From an uncultured cyanobacterium (GTDB lineage: Bacteria > Cyanobacteriota > Cyanobacteriia > Cyanobacteriales > CAWCAG01): 64,000 nt of DNA. The DNA lies in contig CAWCAG010000005.1 in NCBI GenBank assembly GCA_963793425.1, positions 32,001 through 96,000 on the forward strand. The letters are read 5' to 3'. The first letter of the stretch is position 1. Each line of letters begins with the position of its first letter. This document shows positions 21,992 through 32,532 of this stretch, piece after piece. The notes under the pieces are model-generated. The model saw only the letters and a list, made by a program, of their open reading frames with translations, did no database searches and had not been told where the DNA came from. Position numbers and translations under genes: made by a program.

Positions 21992-22092
21992 AGTAATAGG
22001 TAATAAGTAATAAGTAATAAGTAATAAGTAATAAGTAATAAGTAATAAGTAATAAGTAATAAGTAATAAGTAATAAGTAATAAGTAATAAGT
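21992..22092. repeat. Heptamer tandem repeat (AGTAATA)x14, STRR-type
   Basis: 14 units counted directly, one of them the variant GGTAATA. Confidence 0.95.
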
Positions 22093-22100
22093 TTTAGAAA

Positions 22101-22165
22101 GTAGGGTGGGCAAATACCACAAAGCAATTTCAATTAACCATGCCATTAATTTTGCCCACCATTAC
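22101..22165. repeat. REP-like inverted repeat
   Basis: GTAGGGTGGGCAAA...TTTGCCCACCATTAC. Confidence 0.6.
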
Positions 22166-22499
22166 CTAGGAATTTCCGAACATCTTCCAGTAATTTTGTC
22201 TGAAATTTTGCTTGCGATCGCGAAGACATCAAAGAGAAGGGGAGGTTTATTTATGTCACCGAGTCGCTTTTTCGTGATGTGGAACAAAAAGAACTATTCG
22301 GGAGTATTTTTCCGATTTACGAACCCCCTTATCCTTCAAAAAAAACCAAACTCTATCCATCTCCTCAAGGATTTAATTGAGCGCCCGATGGTATTACAGT
22401 TTTTGTAACCGAACAGTTTTTGATGGCAGCAGTAGGTTAACGTAGAAAGACTTTAGTGCCAATACACCAGAAGTTTTCCTACCGCAGTCTTCACAACCC

Positions 22500-25400
22500 A
22501 TGAATAAAAAACTCTCTACTATCTCCCTTGCTTTTTTGGTTTCTTTTGTTACTCCAGTTAATGTTGCTGTAGGGAGTACAGATGCGATAGAGGTTGCTCA
22601 GGAAAGTGATGCAAATACTGAAGATATTCGCGCTGCTGCTGAGGCGCTTTATCAGGAAGGTTTGCAGCTTTATCGGCAGGGGACAGCAGAGTCTTTGACG
22701 AGATGCGATCGCTAAATATAAGGAGTCACTTAAACTTTGGCAGCAGGTAGGAGATAAATCAGAACAAGCCTTATTATTTCTGGCAATAGGTAGCGTCCAT
22801 GATTTATTAGGAGAAAAACAAGAAGCACTCAATTACTACAACCAAGCTTTACCCCTATTTCGTGCTGTAGAAGATAAAAGAGGAGAAGCAGGAATCCTTA
22901 CGGGAATAGGCACTTGTCTACGACTCATTAGGAGAAAAACAACAAGCACTCAATTACTACAACCAAGCTTTACCCCTGTTTCGTTCCGTAGGAGAGAGAA
23001 AAGGGGAAGCAACTACCCTCAACAATCTTGGCACTGTTTACGATGATTTAGGAGAAAAACAACAAGCACTCGACTACTATAACCAAGCTTTACCTCTACG
23101 TCGTTCCGTAGGAGAGAGAAGAGGGGAAGCAACTACCCTCAACAATCTTGGCGCTGTTTATGATGATTTAGGAGAAAAACAACAAGCACTCGACTACTAC
23201 AACCAAGCTTTACCTCTACTTCGTGCTGTAGGAGATAGAAGAGGGGAAGCAGGAATCCTCAACAATATTGGTTTGGTCTATCAATTATTAGGAAAAAAAC
23301 AACAAGCACTAAGTTACCTTAATCAAGCTTTACCCCTACGTCGTACCGTAGGAGATAGAAGAGGGGAAGCAACTACTCTCAACAATCTTGGCGCTGTTTA
23401 CGATAATTTAGGAGAAAAACAACAAGCACTTAACTACTACAACCAAGCTTTACCTCTACGTCGTTCCGTAGGAGATAGAGCGGGAGAAGCAAATACTCTC
23501 AACAATATTGGTTTGGTATATCAATTATTAGGAAAAAAAGAAGAAGCACTAAGTTACCTTAATCAAGCTTTACCTCTACTTCGTGCTGTAGGAGACAGAG
23601 GAGGAGAAGCAACTACTCTCAACAACATTGGTGGTGTCTCTTCTTCATTAGGAAACAAACAACAAGCACTCAAATACTACAACCAAGCTTTACCCCTACT
23701 TCGTGCCGTAGGAGACAGAGTCGGAGAAGCAACTACTCTCAACAATATTGGTGCTGTCTACGACTCATTAGGAAACAAACAACAAGCACTCAAATACTAC
23801 CACCAAGCTTTACCCCTAATTCGTGCTGTAGGAGACAGAGGAGGAGAAGCAACTACTCTCAATAATATTGGTGCTGTCTACAATGATTTAGGAGACAAAC
23901 AACAAGCACTCAACTACTACCACCAAGCTTTACCCCTAATTCGTGCTGTAGGAGACAGAGGAGGAGAAGCAGCTACCCTCAACAATATCGCTCGACTCCA
24001 ATATGACCAAGGCAATCTCCTAGCTGCCTCCCAAACAATGGAACAAGCCATCGAAAAAATAGAATTTCTCCGCAACCAAATCCTCAACCCCCAACTACAA
24101 ACCTCCTTCTACCAAACCATCGAACAATACTACGACTTCCACATCAGATTGCTAATGGAGTTGCACCAACAAAACCCCACTCAACAATACGATGCCCAAG
24201 CACTCCATTACAGCGAAAGAGTCCGCGCCCGACAACTCCTCACTGAACTCCAAGAAGCTAATGTAGACATTCGCCAAGGTATAGATGCAGAACTTTTAGC
24301 AGAAGAAAAACAACTCAATCAACAACTTGCTGCCGCTTTTGAAAACCAAGGCAAACTGCAAAGGAGTGATAATGCTAGCACTCCAGAAAAAGATGTCGTC
24401 AATGAACAAATCAACGAACTCCTCACCCGAATTGACCAAGTAGAAGCCACCATTCGCCTGAAAAGCCCTAACTACGCTGCCATCAATCAACCTACTAAGT
24501 TCACACTACAAACCGCAGAAATTCAACAACTTCTAGACGATGACACCATCTTATTAGAATATTACCTCAGCGAAAAACAAAGTTATCTTTGGGTAGTCAG
24601 TAAAAACAAAGTTACTAGTTATGAACTTCCTCCCCAAGCAGAAATTGACCAACTAGCCCAACAATTCCGCAACGACATCGCTAACGAAAACATCAACAAC
24701 CCAGAAATTGCCCAACAACTCAGCCAAATGATTCTTGCCCCCGCAGCCCCAGAATTAGGCAATAAACGCCTTTTAATCGTCGGCGACAGCACATTACAAA
24801 GCATTCCCTTTGCTGCCCTGCCCACCTCCGTTCCCCCCTTCCCAAGGGGGGCCAGGGGGGATACACCTCTACTCGCCAACCACGAAATCATCACTCTCCC
24901 CTCCGCCTCTAGCCTAGCTGCCTTAAGAAAACAGGTTAAAAACCGTCCCCTTGCCCCCAAAAAACTAGCTGTCCTGGCAGATCCGGTTTATGAACGAGAA
25001 GGGGAGGAAGAATCTCAAAATCCTAGAGAAGGTTTAACTAGACAGGCCCTAGAATCATGTTTAGACTTAGCCCAACTACAATACACCCGCGCAGAAGCAG
25101 AAAATATCCTTGCCCTTGTCCCAGAAAACCAAAGCTTTGCAGCGTTAGGTTATGAAGCTTCCCTAGCTACGGCAACTAGTCCTCAACTTGCCAACTACCA
25201 AACCGTCCACTTTTCTACCCACGGTTGCCTCAACAAAAATCAGCCTCAACTTTCTGGTTTAGCTTTATCCGCCTACAACTCCCAAGGAAAATTTCAAGAC
25301 CCTTTACTGCGTTTAAACGATATTTACAACCTCAATTTGCCAGCAGAATTAGTGGTATTAAGTGCCTGCGAAACAGGTTTAGGACAAGAGTTAGCCGGAG

Positions 25401-25645
25401 AAGGATTAGTAAGTTTAACCAGAGGATTTATGTATGCGGGGGCAAAGCGAGTGGTAGTCAGTTTTTGGGCGGTGCAAGACTTTTCTACTTCTAAATTAAT
25501 GAGCAAGTTTTATGAAAAAATGTATCAAGATAACCTTAAACCTGCTGCGGCTTTAAGAGAGGCACAGTTAGAAATGTGGCGAAGTGAAGGAAATGAAAAT
25601 GACCCCTATCACTGGGCTGCTTTCACTGTGCAAGGAGAATGGTGA
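22500..25645 (+). pseudogene. TPR-repeat + CHAT domain protein with two +1 frameshifts (about 22700 and 22915); the 790-aa ORF from 23273 is intact
   Basis: Signal peptide ORF at 22500 continues in the +1 frame as DAIAKYKESLKLWQQVGD..., then again as VYDSLGEKQQALNYY into the 23273 frame. It has 40-aa (120-bp) TPR units and CHAT motifs HFSTHG, LSACETG and PYHWAAF. Confidence 0.8.
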
Positions 25646-25654
25646 TTTCATTGA

Positions 25655-25730
25655 ACATTAAACATTGTTCGGCTTGCCGTTGCCGTTAGGCTACATTAAA
25701 CATTATTCGGCTTGCCGTTGCCGTTAGGCA
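25655..25730. repeat. Tandem 38-bp duplication containing a small dispersed repeat
   Basis: ACATTAAACATTRTTCGGCTTGCCGTTGCCGTTAGGC twice. Confidence 0.8.
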
Positions 25731-25923
25731 TCACTGTAGGGCTTGCCCTTGTCGTAGACATCATTGATTACTGCGTAAGTCCTGAAAATGTTAAATTAAT
25801 TCTCTTAATCTAATCCCTTTCTCCCATCTCCTCTACCGTAGGTAACAATAATTGTTCAAATTCAGGTTATTAGCCCTTACTTCAAGAAAGAAAGAATATA
25901 CTTGAAAAGTCGGTGGGTTTAAA

Positions 25924-28900
25924 ATGAACGCGGGAGAGTTACACATGAAACCAGGAAGAGTCTGGCTTGGCTGCTTATCTGGAATTATTTCTACCGCTGG
26001 AGGAATATCTCTAAGCCTATCTTCACCTGGCTTAGCCCAGCCCATTTCCCCCGCCGCAGATGGTACAGGAACAGTAGTTAATAATAATGGCAACCAATTC
26101 GACATTCAAGGTGGCTCTCTATCTGGAGATGGAAGTAACTTATTCCATAGTTTCCAGAAATTTGGTTTAAATGCAAATCAAGTTGCTAACTTTCTCAATT
26201 CTCCCAATGCTGTCAATATACTAGGCAGAATTGTTGGCGGAGATCCTTCGGTTATTAATGGTTTAATTCAAATTACAGGGGGCAACGCCAACCTCTATTT
26301 AATTAACCCGGCAGGCATAGTTTTCGGGACAGATTCCCAGCTTAATATTAATGGTGATTTTTTCGCAACAACGGCCACAGGTATTGGTTTTGGTAGCGAT
26401 AGTTGGTTTGAAGCTTTTGGTAGCAACGATTATACAAGTTTAGTTGGCAACCCCACTCAGTTTGCTTTCGATTTTGCTGAAAACGGGGCTATTGTTAATG
26501 CTGGAGATTTGACAGTAGAAACAGGGCAAAGTGTTACCTTGCTGGGGGGAAATGTCGTTAATACTGGTAGCATCACTGCACCGGAAGGAACAATCAACAT
26601 TACAGCGATTCCTGGCAGTAGCAAAGTAAGAATCTCTCAACCAGGGCAGTTACTCGCCATCGAAATTGAACCACCTAGAGACACTCAAGGGAAAGCACTC
26701 CCCATTTCAGCCCTTGATTTACCAACTCTACTTACTGGTGTAGGGGTGGAAACAGGGTTGAGGGTGAACAATGATGGTGAGGTGAGGCTACAAAATAATA
26801 ACACTGTCTTACCCAATGATACGGGAACCACCATAGTTTCGGGCTTCCTCAACACAGCATCAGATAATTCTGGGGGACAGATTTTAGTATTCGGCGATCG
26901 CGTCGGAATTATACAAGGCAACTTGAATGCGTCGGGTGCAAACGGTGGTGGTACAGTGTTAATTGGTGGGGATTATAAAGGAGAAGGACTTGTTCCCAAT
27001 GCTGATGTAACTTATATTAGTTCAGATTCCATCATCAATGCCGATGCAACGGCTGCTGGAGATGGTGGTAGGGTGATTGCTTGGTCAGAACAAACTAGCC
27101 GTATTTATGGCACAATAAGCGCTCGTGGGGGCGTTGATGGGGGCGATGGTGGGTTTGTAGAAACTAGCAGCCGTGAGTTTTTGGATGTTAAAGGTTCTCC
27201 TGATGTTTCTGCTGTTGCAGGGAAGGGAGGAACTTGGTTAATAGATCCGTACAATATTGATATTGTTGCTGGGGCTGATGATACTTCTATAGGTTTTGGT
27301 GGTACGCCCATTAATACACCTTTTAATGCAAGTAGTAATAATTCTCGGTTAGCTGTAGGGGATTTAATAGCCGCATTGCAAGGGGGCAACAGTGTACTGG
27401 TTACTACAGGAACAACCGGTACGCAAGAAGGTAACATCACGCTCAACACTGATTTTGATTTTAATGGCATCGGCAACGGGACTTTAACTTTAGAAGCCGC
27501 AGGAGACATTTTAATTGGCAATAGTGGTCGCATTTTTGATGGTGATGCTAGTAATGATTCCCTCAATTTATTTTTAACTGCCAACACAGCAAATAACCAA
27601 CGTGACAACATTACTGTCTTAGGTTCTATCGCTACTGGAGGGGGAAATATTGACTTTAGAGTAAGGAACAATCGTGGTTCTGCTATTAGAATTGGAGCTT
27701 CCGGTTCTATTGATTCTGGAGGGGGAGACATTGACTTTGATGGTAATAGTCGTTTTGGTCAAGGTGTTGCTATTCAAGGCACAGTAGCTTCAGGAGGAGG
27801 AGATATAACTCTTTTGGGGGCGAGTGAGAATAACGATGCTGTTTTACTCGGAGGTCAAGTTAACTCAGCAGGGGGTGATATCAATGTTATTGGCGATGGT
27901 GATACCGGTCTTGAGAGCAATGGCATTCAAATTGATGGTTCTTTAGATGCCGGCAGCGGTTCCCTTAATCTTACTGGGAATAGTACGAATAGTCAGGGCA
28001 TTTTAGTTAGAGATAATGTGCTGTTGAATGGTAGGAATATTTCTTTGACAGGAACCAGCAATGCAGCCCCAGGAATAAGTTTAGGGAATGCCTTAACTCC
28101 TGCTGACATTATCAACATCAACTCTTCCGGTGGTCAAATCAGCTTCAATGGTACTAGCAATGCTGCTGCTGGTATTGTCATAACAGAACAGCAAGTCAAC
28201 ATTAACCCAGGTGGCGGGCAAGTTAATTTTAATGGCACAGGCAATCCTTCTCAAGGAGGGGTTTTAATCGAGAGTGTACTTAACTTTGTCAATGGCAAAG
28301 CAAACTTAACTGGAAGTACTCCTGGTATGGGTAGCGAGGTGGTGTTGAGTGGTACTATCGACACAGGTGATGCAGAAGTTACCTTAACAGGAGATAACCT
28401 TAACCTCGATCCTGGTGTAGGAACTCCGGCAATTACAGGTAACGGTACGCTTGTTTTACAACCCATTGACGCTACCCTTAACTTAGGGCTTGGTGGTACA
28501 GGGGCAGCAAATGCAACCTTCCTGAATAGTAGCGAATTAAGCAAAATTGGTAGTAGTTTAACTGACATCTTCATTGGTAGAGTTGATAGCAGTGGCGCTA
28601 TTTCTTTGTTAAGCGATGTGGATTTTAATTCCCCTATTACCTTGCGATCTACTTCTGGTGCAGGTTCCATTAATGCTACGGTCGGTATTCTACGGAGCAA
28701 CGGTAACCGCATCACCTTAGAGGCTGCTCAAACTATTGCTACGGGGGACTTAATCACCTCTATTGCCGGAAGAGATGGCGGTGAAGTAATTTTGAAAGCA
28801 GGGGATGCTATAACCACAGGTAATATTGATACAAGCAGCGATATTGGCAGAGGGGGCAAAGTTACTATCAACAGTCCCGATGCAATTACGGTTGGCTCTA

Positions 28901-30741
28901 TCAACACTCAAGGAAGTATGATTGGTGGAGAAATAGACATCACAACACAACAGTTTTTCCGTGCTATAGATAATTTTAGCGATCGCAACAACATCAATGC
29001 TAGCCTTTCCAGCGCCGGAGGCTCAGGTGGTAAAATTGTCATCCGCCACGGTGGGGCAGTTTCGAGTACTCCTTTTATTGTCGGTGATGCTTCTGTTAAT
29101 GGTACGCAAGCCACTATTACTAGTGGTGCTTCAAGCATCATCCCTGTGCAATCCTTTGCTACTGACTATATTCAAGGGAATGTCGAAATACTCAACGGCA
29201 TTGCTCCCACACCAACTCCAACTCCAACCCCAACACCAACCCCAACTCCAACCCCAACACCAACCCCAACGCCAACGCCAACACCAACACCAACACCAAC
29301 ACCAACGCCAACACCAACACCAACGCCAACACCAACGCCAACTCCCACCATTCCCCCAGACAATAACTCCGTTGATCCGACGATCAACAGCCTCAATACT
29401 CTTGATCCCCCGGTAGAAGCGACTGAAATTCAACCTCCAGAACAAACATCATCTCTTTCTGTAGAAACTCAAATACCACAGTTAGAAATTGACTTAGCTG
29501 TCTCACAGCTAGAACAAACCTTGACAAATAGCTACGAAAAATATTTTAACATCACCAGTAGCAAAAATTTTAGTTTAGAACAGGCTCAGTCAACCCTCAG
29601 AGGCATTGAACAAGCAACAGGAAGAAAACCTGCTTTAATCTATGTTGTTTTCTCCTCAACCGCAGAGAGTTTAGCGACAAAAGCCCAGTCAAAATCCTTA
29701 TCTAAACAACAAGAACAATTAGAACTAATCCTAGTTACCTCTTCAGGGTCACCCATCCGTAAAACAATACCAGGTGCAGTGCGTTCTTTCGTTCTAAGTA
29801 GAGTAAATCAGTTACAGCGCGAAGTTACTACCCCCAGCCGTAGTGACGCTTATAAAGGGTCAGGAAAGCTATTTTATGAATGGTTCATTACTTCTTTAGA
29901 AACAGAATTACAAAGTAAAGGAATTGATAACTTAGTATTTATTTTAGATGAAGGATTGCGCTCTATTCCCTTAGCTACTCTCAATGATGGCGAAAAGTTC
30001 CTCATTGAAGAATATAGTGTCGGTTTGATGCCTAGCTTAAGCCTTACAGATACTAACTATGTTGACATCAGAAATATGCAAGTAGTTGCTCTGGGGGCAG
30101 GCTCTTTTCAAAAACGCCAATCCCTACCTGCTGTCCCCTTAGAATTATCCCTGATTACTCAACAAATTTGGTCAGGTAATTCTTATCTTAATGAAGGGTT
30201 TACCCTGAAAAAACTTAAATCAGCCCGTTCTGCCAAACCTTTTGGTATTGTTCACCTTGCTACCCACGGAGAATTTCGGGCGGGCAAACCGGAAAACTCT
30301 TACCTCCAACTTTGGGATAATAAGCTGCCTTTGAATGCAATCAGTAAGCTTGGTTGGAACAATCCCCCGGTAGAATTGCTAGTGCTTTCGGCTTGTCGTA
30401 CAGCCTTGGGAGATACTGAAGCTGAGTTGGGTTTCACTGGCTTAGCTGTTCAAGCTGGAGTAAAATCTGCTGTAGGGAGTCTTTGGGCTGTTAGTGATGA
30501 AGGGGCATTAGCTTTAATGACTCGCTTTTATGAGCATCTGAAGAAAGTACCCATCAAATCTGAAGCGATGCAAAAAGCCCAGCTAGATATGATTCAGGGT
30601 AAGGTATATATCAAAGATGGTAAACTCATTACCCCAGAAAGGGAAATAGCTTTACCAGAAGAGTTAGCTAGGTTGGGAAACCAGGATTTGACACATCCCT
30701 ATTATTGGAGTGCTTTTACTATGGTAGGGAATCCTTGGTAG
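25924..30741 (+). CDS. Filamentous-haemagglutinin N-terminal (TPS) domain + beta-helix + CHAT domain protein
   Basis: [28 protein letters not shown], (PT)24 linker, CHAT motifs HLATHG, LSACRTA and HPYYWSAF. Confidence 0.9.
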   Translation: MNAGELHMKPGRVWLGCLSGIISTAGGISLSLSSPGLAQPISPAADGTGTVVNNNGNQFDIQGGSLSGDGSNLFHSFQKFGLNANQVANFLNSPNAVNILGRIVGGDPSVINGLIQITGGNANLYLINPAGIVFGTDSQLNINGDFFATTATGIGFGSDSWFEAFGSNDYTSLVGNPTQFAFDFAENGAIVNAGDLTVETGQSVTLLGGNVVNTGSITAPEGTINITAIPGSSKVRISQPGQLLAIEIEPPRDTQGKALPISALDLPTLLTGVGVETGLRVNNDGEVRLQNNNTVLPNDTGTTIVSGFLNTASDNSGGQILVFGDRVGIIQGNLNASGANGGGTVLIGGDYKGEGLVPNADVTYISSDSIINADATAAGDGGRVIAWSEQTSRIYGTISARGGVDGGDGGFVETSSREFLDVKGSPDVSAVAGKGGTWLIDPYNIDIVAGADDTSIGFGGTPINTPFNASSNNSRLAVGDLIAALQGGNSVLVTTGTTGTQEGNITLNTDFDFNGIGNGTLTLEAAGDILIGNSGRIFDGDASNDSLNLFLTANTANNQRDNITVLGSIATGGGNIDFRVRNNRGSAIRIGASGSIDSGGGDIDFDGNSRFGQGVAIQGTVASGGGDITLLGASENNDAVLLGGQVNSAGGDINVIGDGDTGLESNGIQIDGSLDAGSGSLNLTGNSTNSQGILVRDNVLLNGRNISLTGTSNAAPGISLGNALTPADIININSSGGQISFNGTSNAAAGIVITEQQVNINPGGGQVNFNGTGNPSQGGVLIESVLNFVNGKANLTGSTPGMGSEVVLSGTIDTGDAEVTLTGDNLNLDPGVGTPAITGNGTLVLQPIDATLNLGLGGTGAANATFLNSSELSKIGSSLTDIFIGRVDSSGAISLLSDVDFNSPITLRSTSGAGSINATVGILRSNGNRITLEAAQTIATGDLITSIAGRDGGEVILKAGDAITTGNIDTSSDIGRGGKVTINSPDAITVGSINTQGSMIGGEIDITTQQFFRAIDNFSDRNNINASLSSAGGSGGKIVIRHGGAVSSTPFIVGDASVNGTQATITSGASSIIPVQSFATDYIQGNVEILNGIAPTPTPTPTPTPTPTPTPTPTPTPTPTPTPTPTPTPTPTPTPTPTPTPTIPPDNNSVDPTINSLNTLDPPVEATEIQPPEQTSSLSVETQIPQLEIDLAVSQLEQTLTNSYEKYFNITSSKNFSLEQAQSTLRGIEQATGRKPALIYVVFSSTAESLATKAQSKSLSKQQEQLELILVTSSGSPIRKTIPGAVRSFVLSRVNQLQREVTTPSRSDAYKGSGKLFYEWFITSLETELQSKGIDNLVFILDEGLRSIPLATLNDGEKFLIEEYSVGLMPSLSLTDTNYVDIRNMQVVALGAGSFQKRQSLPAVPLELSLITQQIWSGNSYLNEGFTLKKLKSARSAKPFGIVHLATHGEFRAGKPENSYLQLWDNKLPLNAISKLGWNNPPVELLVLSACRTALGDTEAELGFTGLAVQAGVKSAVGSLWAVSDEGALALMTRFYEHLKKVPIKSEAMQKAQLDMIQGKVYIKDGKLITPEREIALPEELARLGNQDLTHPYYWSAFTMVGNPW
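29206..29349 (+). repeat. Coding hexamer repeat encoding (Pro-Thr)24 linker
   Basis: CCN-ACN repeated over 144 nt. Confidence 0.92.
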
Positions 30742-30857
30742 AACTATTTCTTGTTTAATAAACATCCCCGAAAATAGCCAAAGCCATACTATAGTCAGTT
30801 TTCAGCTAGCATTATCCTAATGCCAAGATAGTTTTTTTAATTTCTGTTTTTTACTTT

Positions 30858-32078
30858 CTAGTTCTGAGAAATTTTCTTTACAGCCTGAGTTGCGATCGCC
30901 CAATCTTCTTGAGTATGAATTACCAAAACTTGTACTTGAGAACCTTCTGTTGCAATATCTTCATCTAGAGGATTAGCCTTATTTTTTGCTGCATCTAACT
31001 GCAAACCTAGATAAGTTAAACCATTGCAAGTTTTTTCGCGAACAAGGGAAGAATTTTCTCCTACTCCAGCGGTAAACACCAAAACATCTAAACCGTTGAG
31101 ACTGGCAACCATTGCCCCAATAGCAGTTTTCAAGCGATGAATATAGATATCAAAAGCTAGCTTTGCTTGTTTATTTCCAGTGGCGATCGCCTCTAAAACA
31201 CTTCTTAAATCAGCACTAATACCAGAGACTCCTTTTAAACCTGATTCTTGGTTAAACATTTGGTTTAATTGATCTGCATCTAAGCCATATTTGGTAGTCA
31301 TGTAAATAGGAATTTGTGGATCAATTGAACCGCAACGAGTCCCCATCATTAGTCCTTCTAAGGGAGAAAAACCCATGGTTGTATCAAGGCAAATGCCATT
31401 TGTAATGGCAGCTAAAGAACAGCCATTGCCTAAGTGACAAGTGATTATTTTCAGAGAGGCAAAGGGCTTTTGTAAAATTTTGGCGCTACGTTTAGCGCAG
31501 TATTGATGGCTAATACCATGAAATCCATAGCGGCGAATCCCTTTTTCATACCATTCATAGGGCAGAGGATAAACTTTCGCGGCTAGGGGAAGGGTTGTAT
31601 GGAAAGCAGTATCGAAAACAGCTATTTGAGTTACTTGAGGTAAAATTTCTTCTATAGTATTAATTCCTTCTAAATGAGCAGGATTATGATTAGGGGCGAG
31701 GGGAATAAAATCTATGATCGCTTGTTTAACTTCGGGTGTAATAATGGTTGCTTGATGATATTTTGCTCCACCATGAACTACTCGATGAGCAACAATATTA
31801 ATGTCATTTAAACTATCTAGAATTTTAGTTTCATTGGTTACTAAAGTATCAAGCAAAACTTTTAAGGCAGTATCACGTTTTTCAATCTCAATTCGCTGTT
31901 TAATATTATTACTTTTAACAACAAGAACTCCCTTGTCTTTATTAACAGTCCAATCTAAATGAGCTTCCCATAGAGGCTTATGAGGGATTTCTGGGAAAGA
32001 TTGACTCAAGCGATAAAGACAACTCTTCTGACTACTAGAACCTGCATTAAGAACTAAAACAACTTTTTCATTTATCAT
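30858..32078 (-). CDS. ackA: Acetate kinase
   Basis: VLNAGSSS.K, HRVVHGG, VFDTAFH, RRYGFHG, HLGNG, LMMGTR, FTAGVGEN. Confidence 0.96.
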   Translation of the reverse strand: MINEKVVLVLNAGSSSQKSCLYRLSQSFPEIPHKPLWEAHLDWTVNKDKGVLVVKSNNIKQRIEIEKRDTALKVLLDTLVTNETKILDSLNDINIVAHRVVHGGAKYHQATIITPEVKQAIIDFIPLAPNHNPAHLEGINTIEEILPQVTQIAVFDTAFHTTLPLAAKVYPLPYEWYEKGIRRYGFHGISHQYCAKRSAKILQKPFASLKIITCHLGNGCSLAAITNGICLDTTMGFSPLEGLMMGTRCGSIDPQIPIYMTTKYGLDADQLNQMFNQESGLKGVSGISADLRSVLEAIATGNKQAKLAFDIYIHRLKTAIGAMVASLNGLDVLVFTAGVGENSSLVREKTCNGLTYLGLQLDAAKNKANPLDEDIATEGSQVQVLVIHTQEDWAIATQAVKKISQN

Positions 32079-32532
32079 TGAACATTTATCATTATTCGCG
32101 TTTCGTGTAGCGTTGCCGTAGGCTACATTAAACAGTTATCAATTAGTAACTATCGATTAGCAATTAGCCATTACTTCCCACTGATACTTCAACTTTATAA
32201 ACAACGAGCCTAAGTACAAATGCGCCCTACCACGAGGTCTATTTACGACGATAGATCAACCTAGAATAACCCCAGCCAAATACAAGCAACGAAGAGCGAA
32301 GCGGTTAGGAAGGGGTGTGGGGAAACAATTGTTTCCCTGAGATGCGGGTTTGGGGGGCTATCCCCCAATATAACTAATACTACCCACAGATCAACTAAAA
32401 GAACTTTATCTGTAGCATTTTCATTTCTATAAAAGGCCTTTCGTTGGGTTACGAAGAGTGCTAACCCAACCTACGAGAAAATAAGCCTTCCAAAGGTTTT
32501 GTCAGTCAACCAGGTCGCCCATTTACCGATGA

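Noticed and set aside
22106..22440. 100-aa ORF, and an alternative frame with two TGA stops (possible gene relic)
   Set aside because: No recognisable family motif; the ORF begins inside a REP element; cannot be supported without a search.
22740..24000. Regular 120-bp repeats that could look like a CRISPR array or DGR-type repeats
   Set aside because: They are in-frame TPR coding units with no unique spacers, and no cas or reverse transcriptase gene is nearby.
28997..29445. QH-, WC- and GV-repeat ORFs
   Set aside because: Alternative-frame and antisense shadows of the (PT)24 linker.
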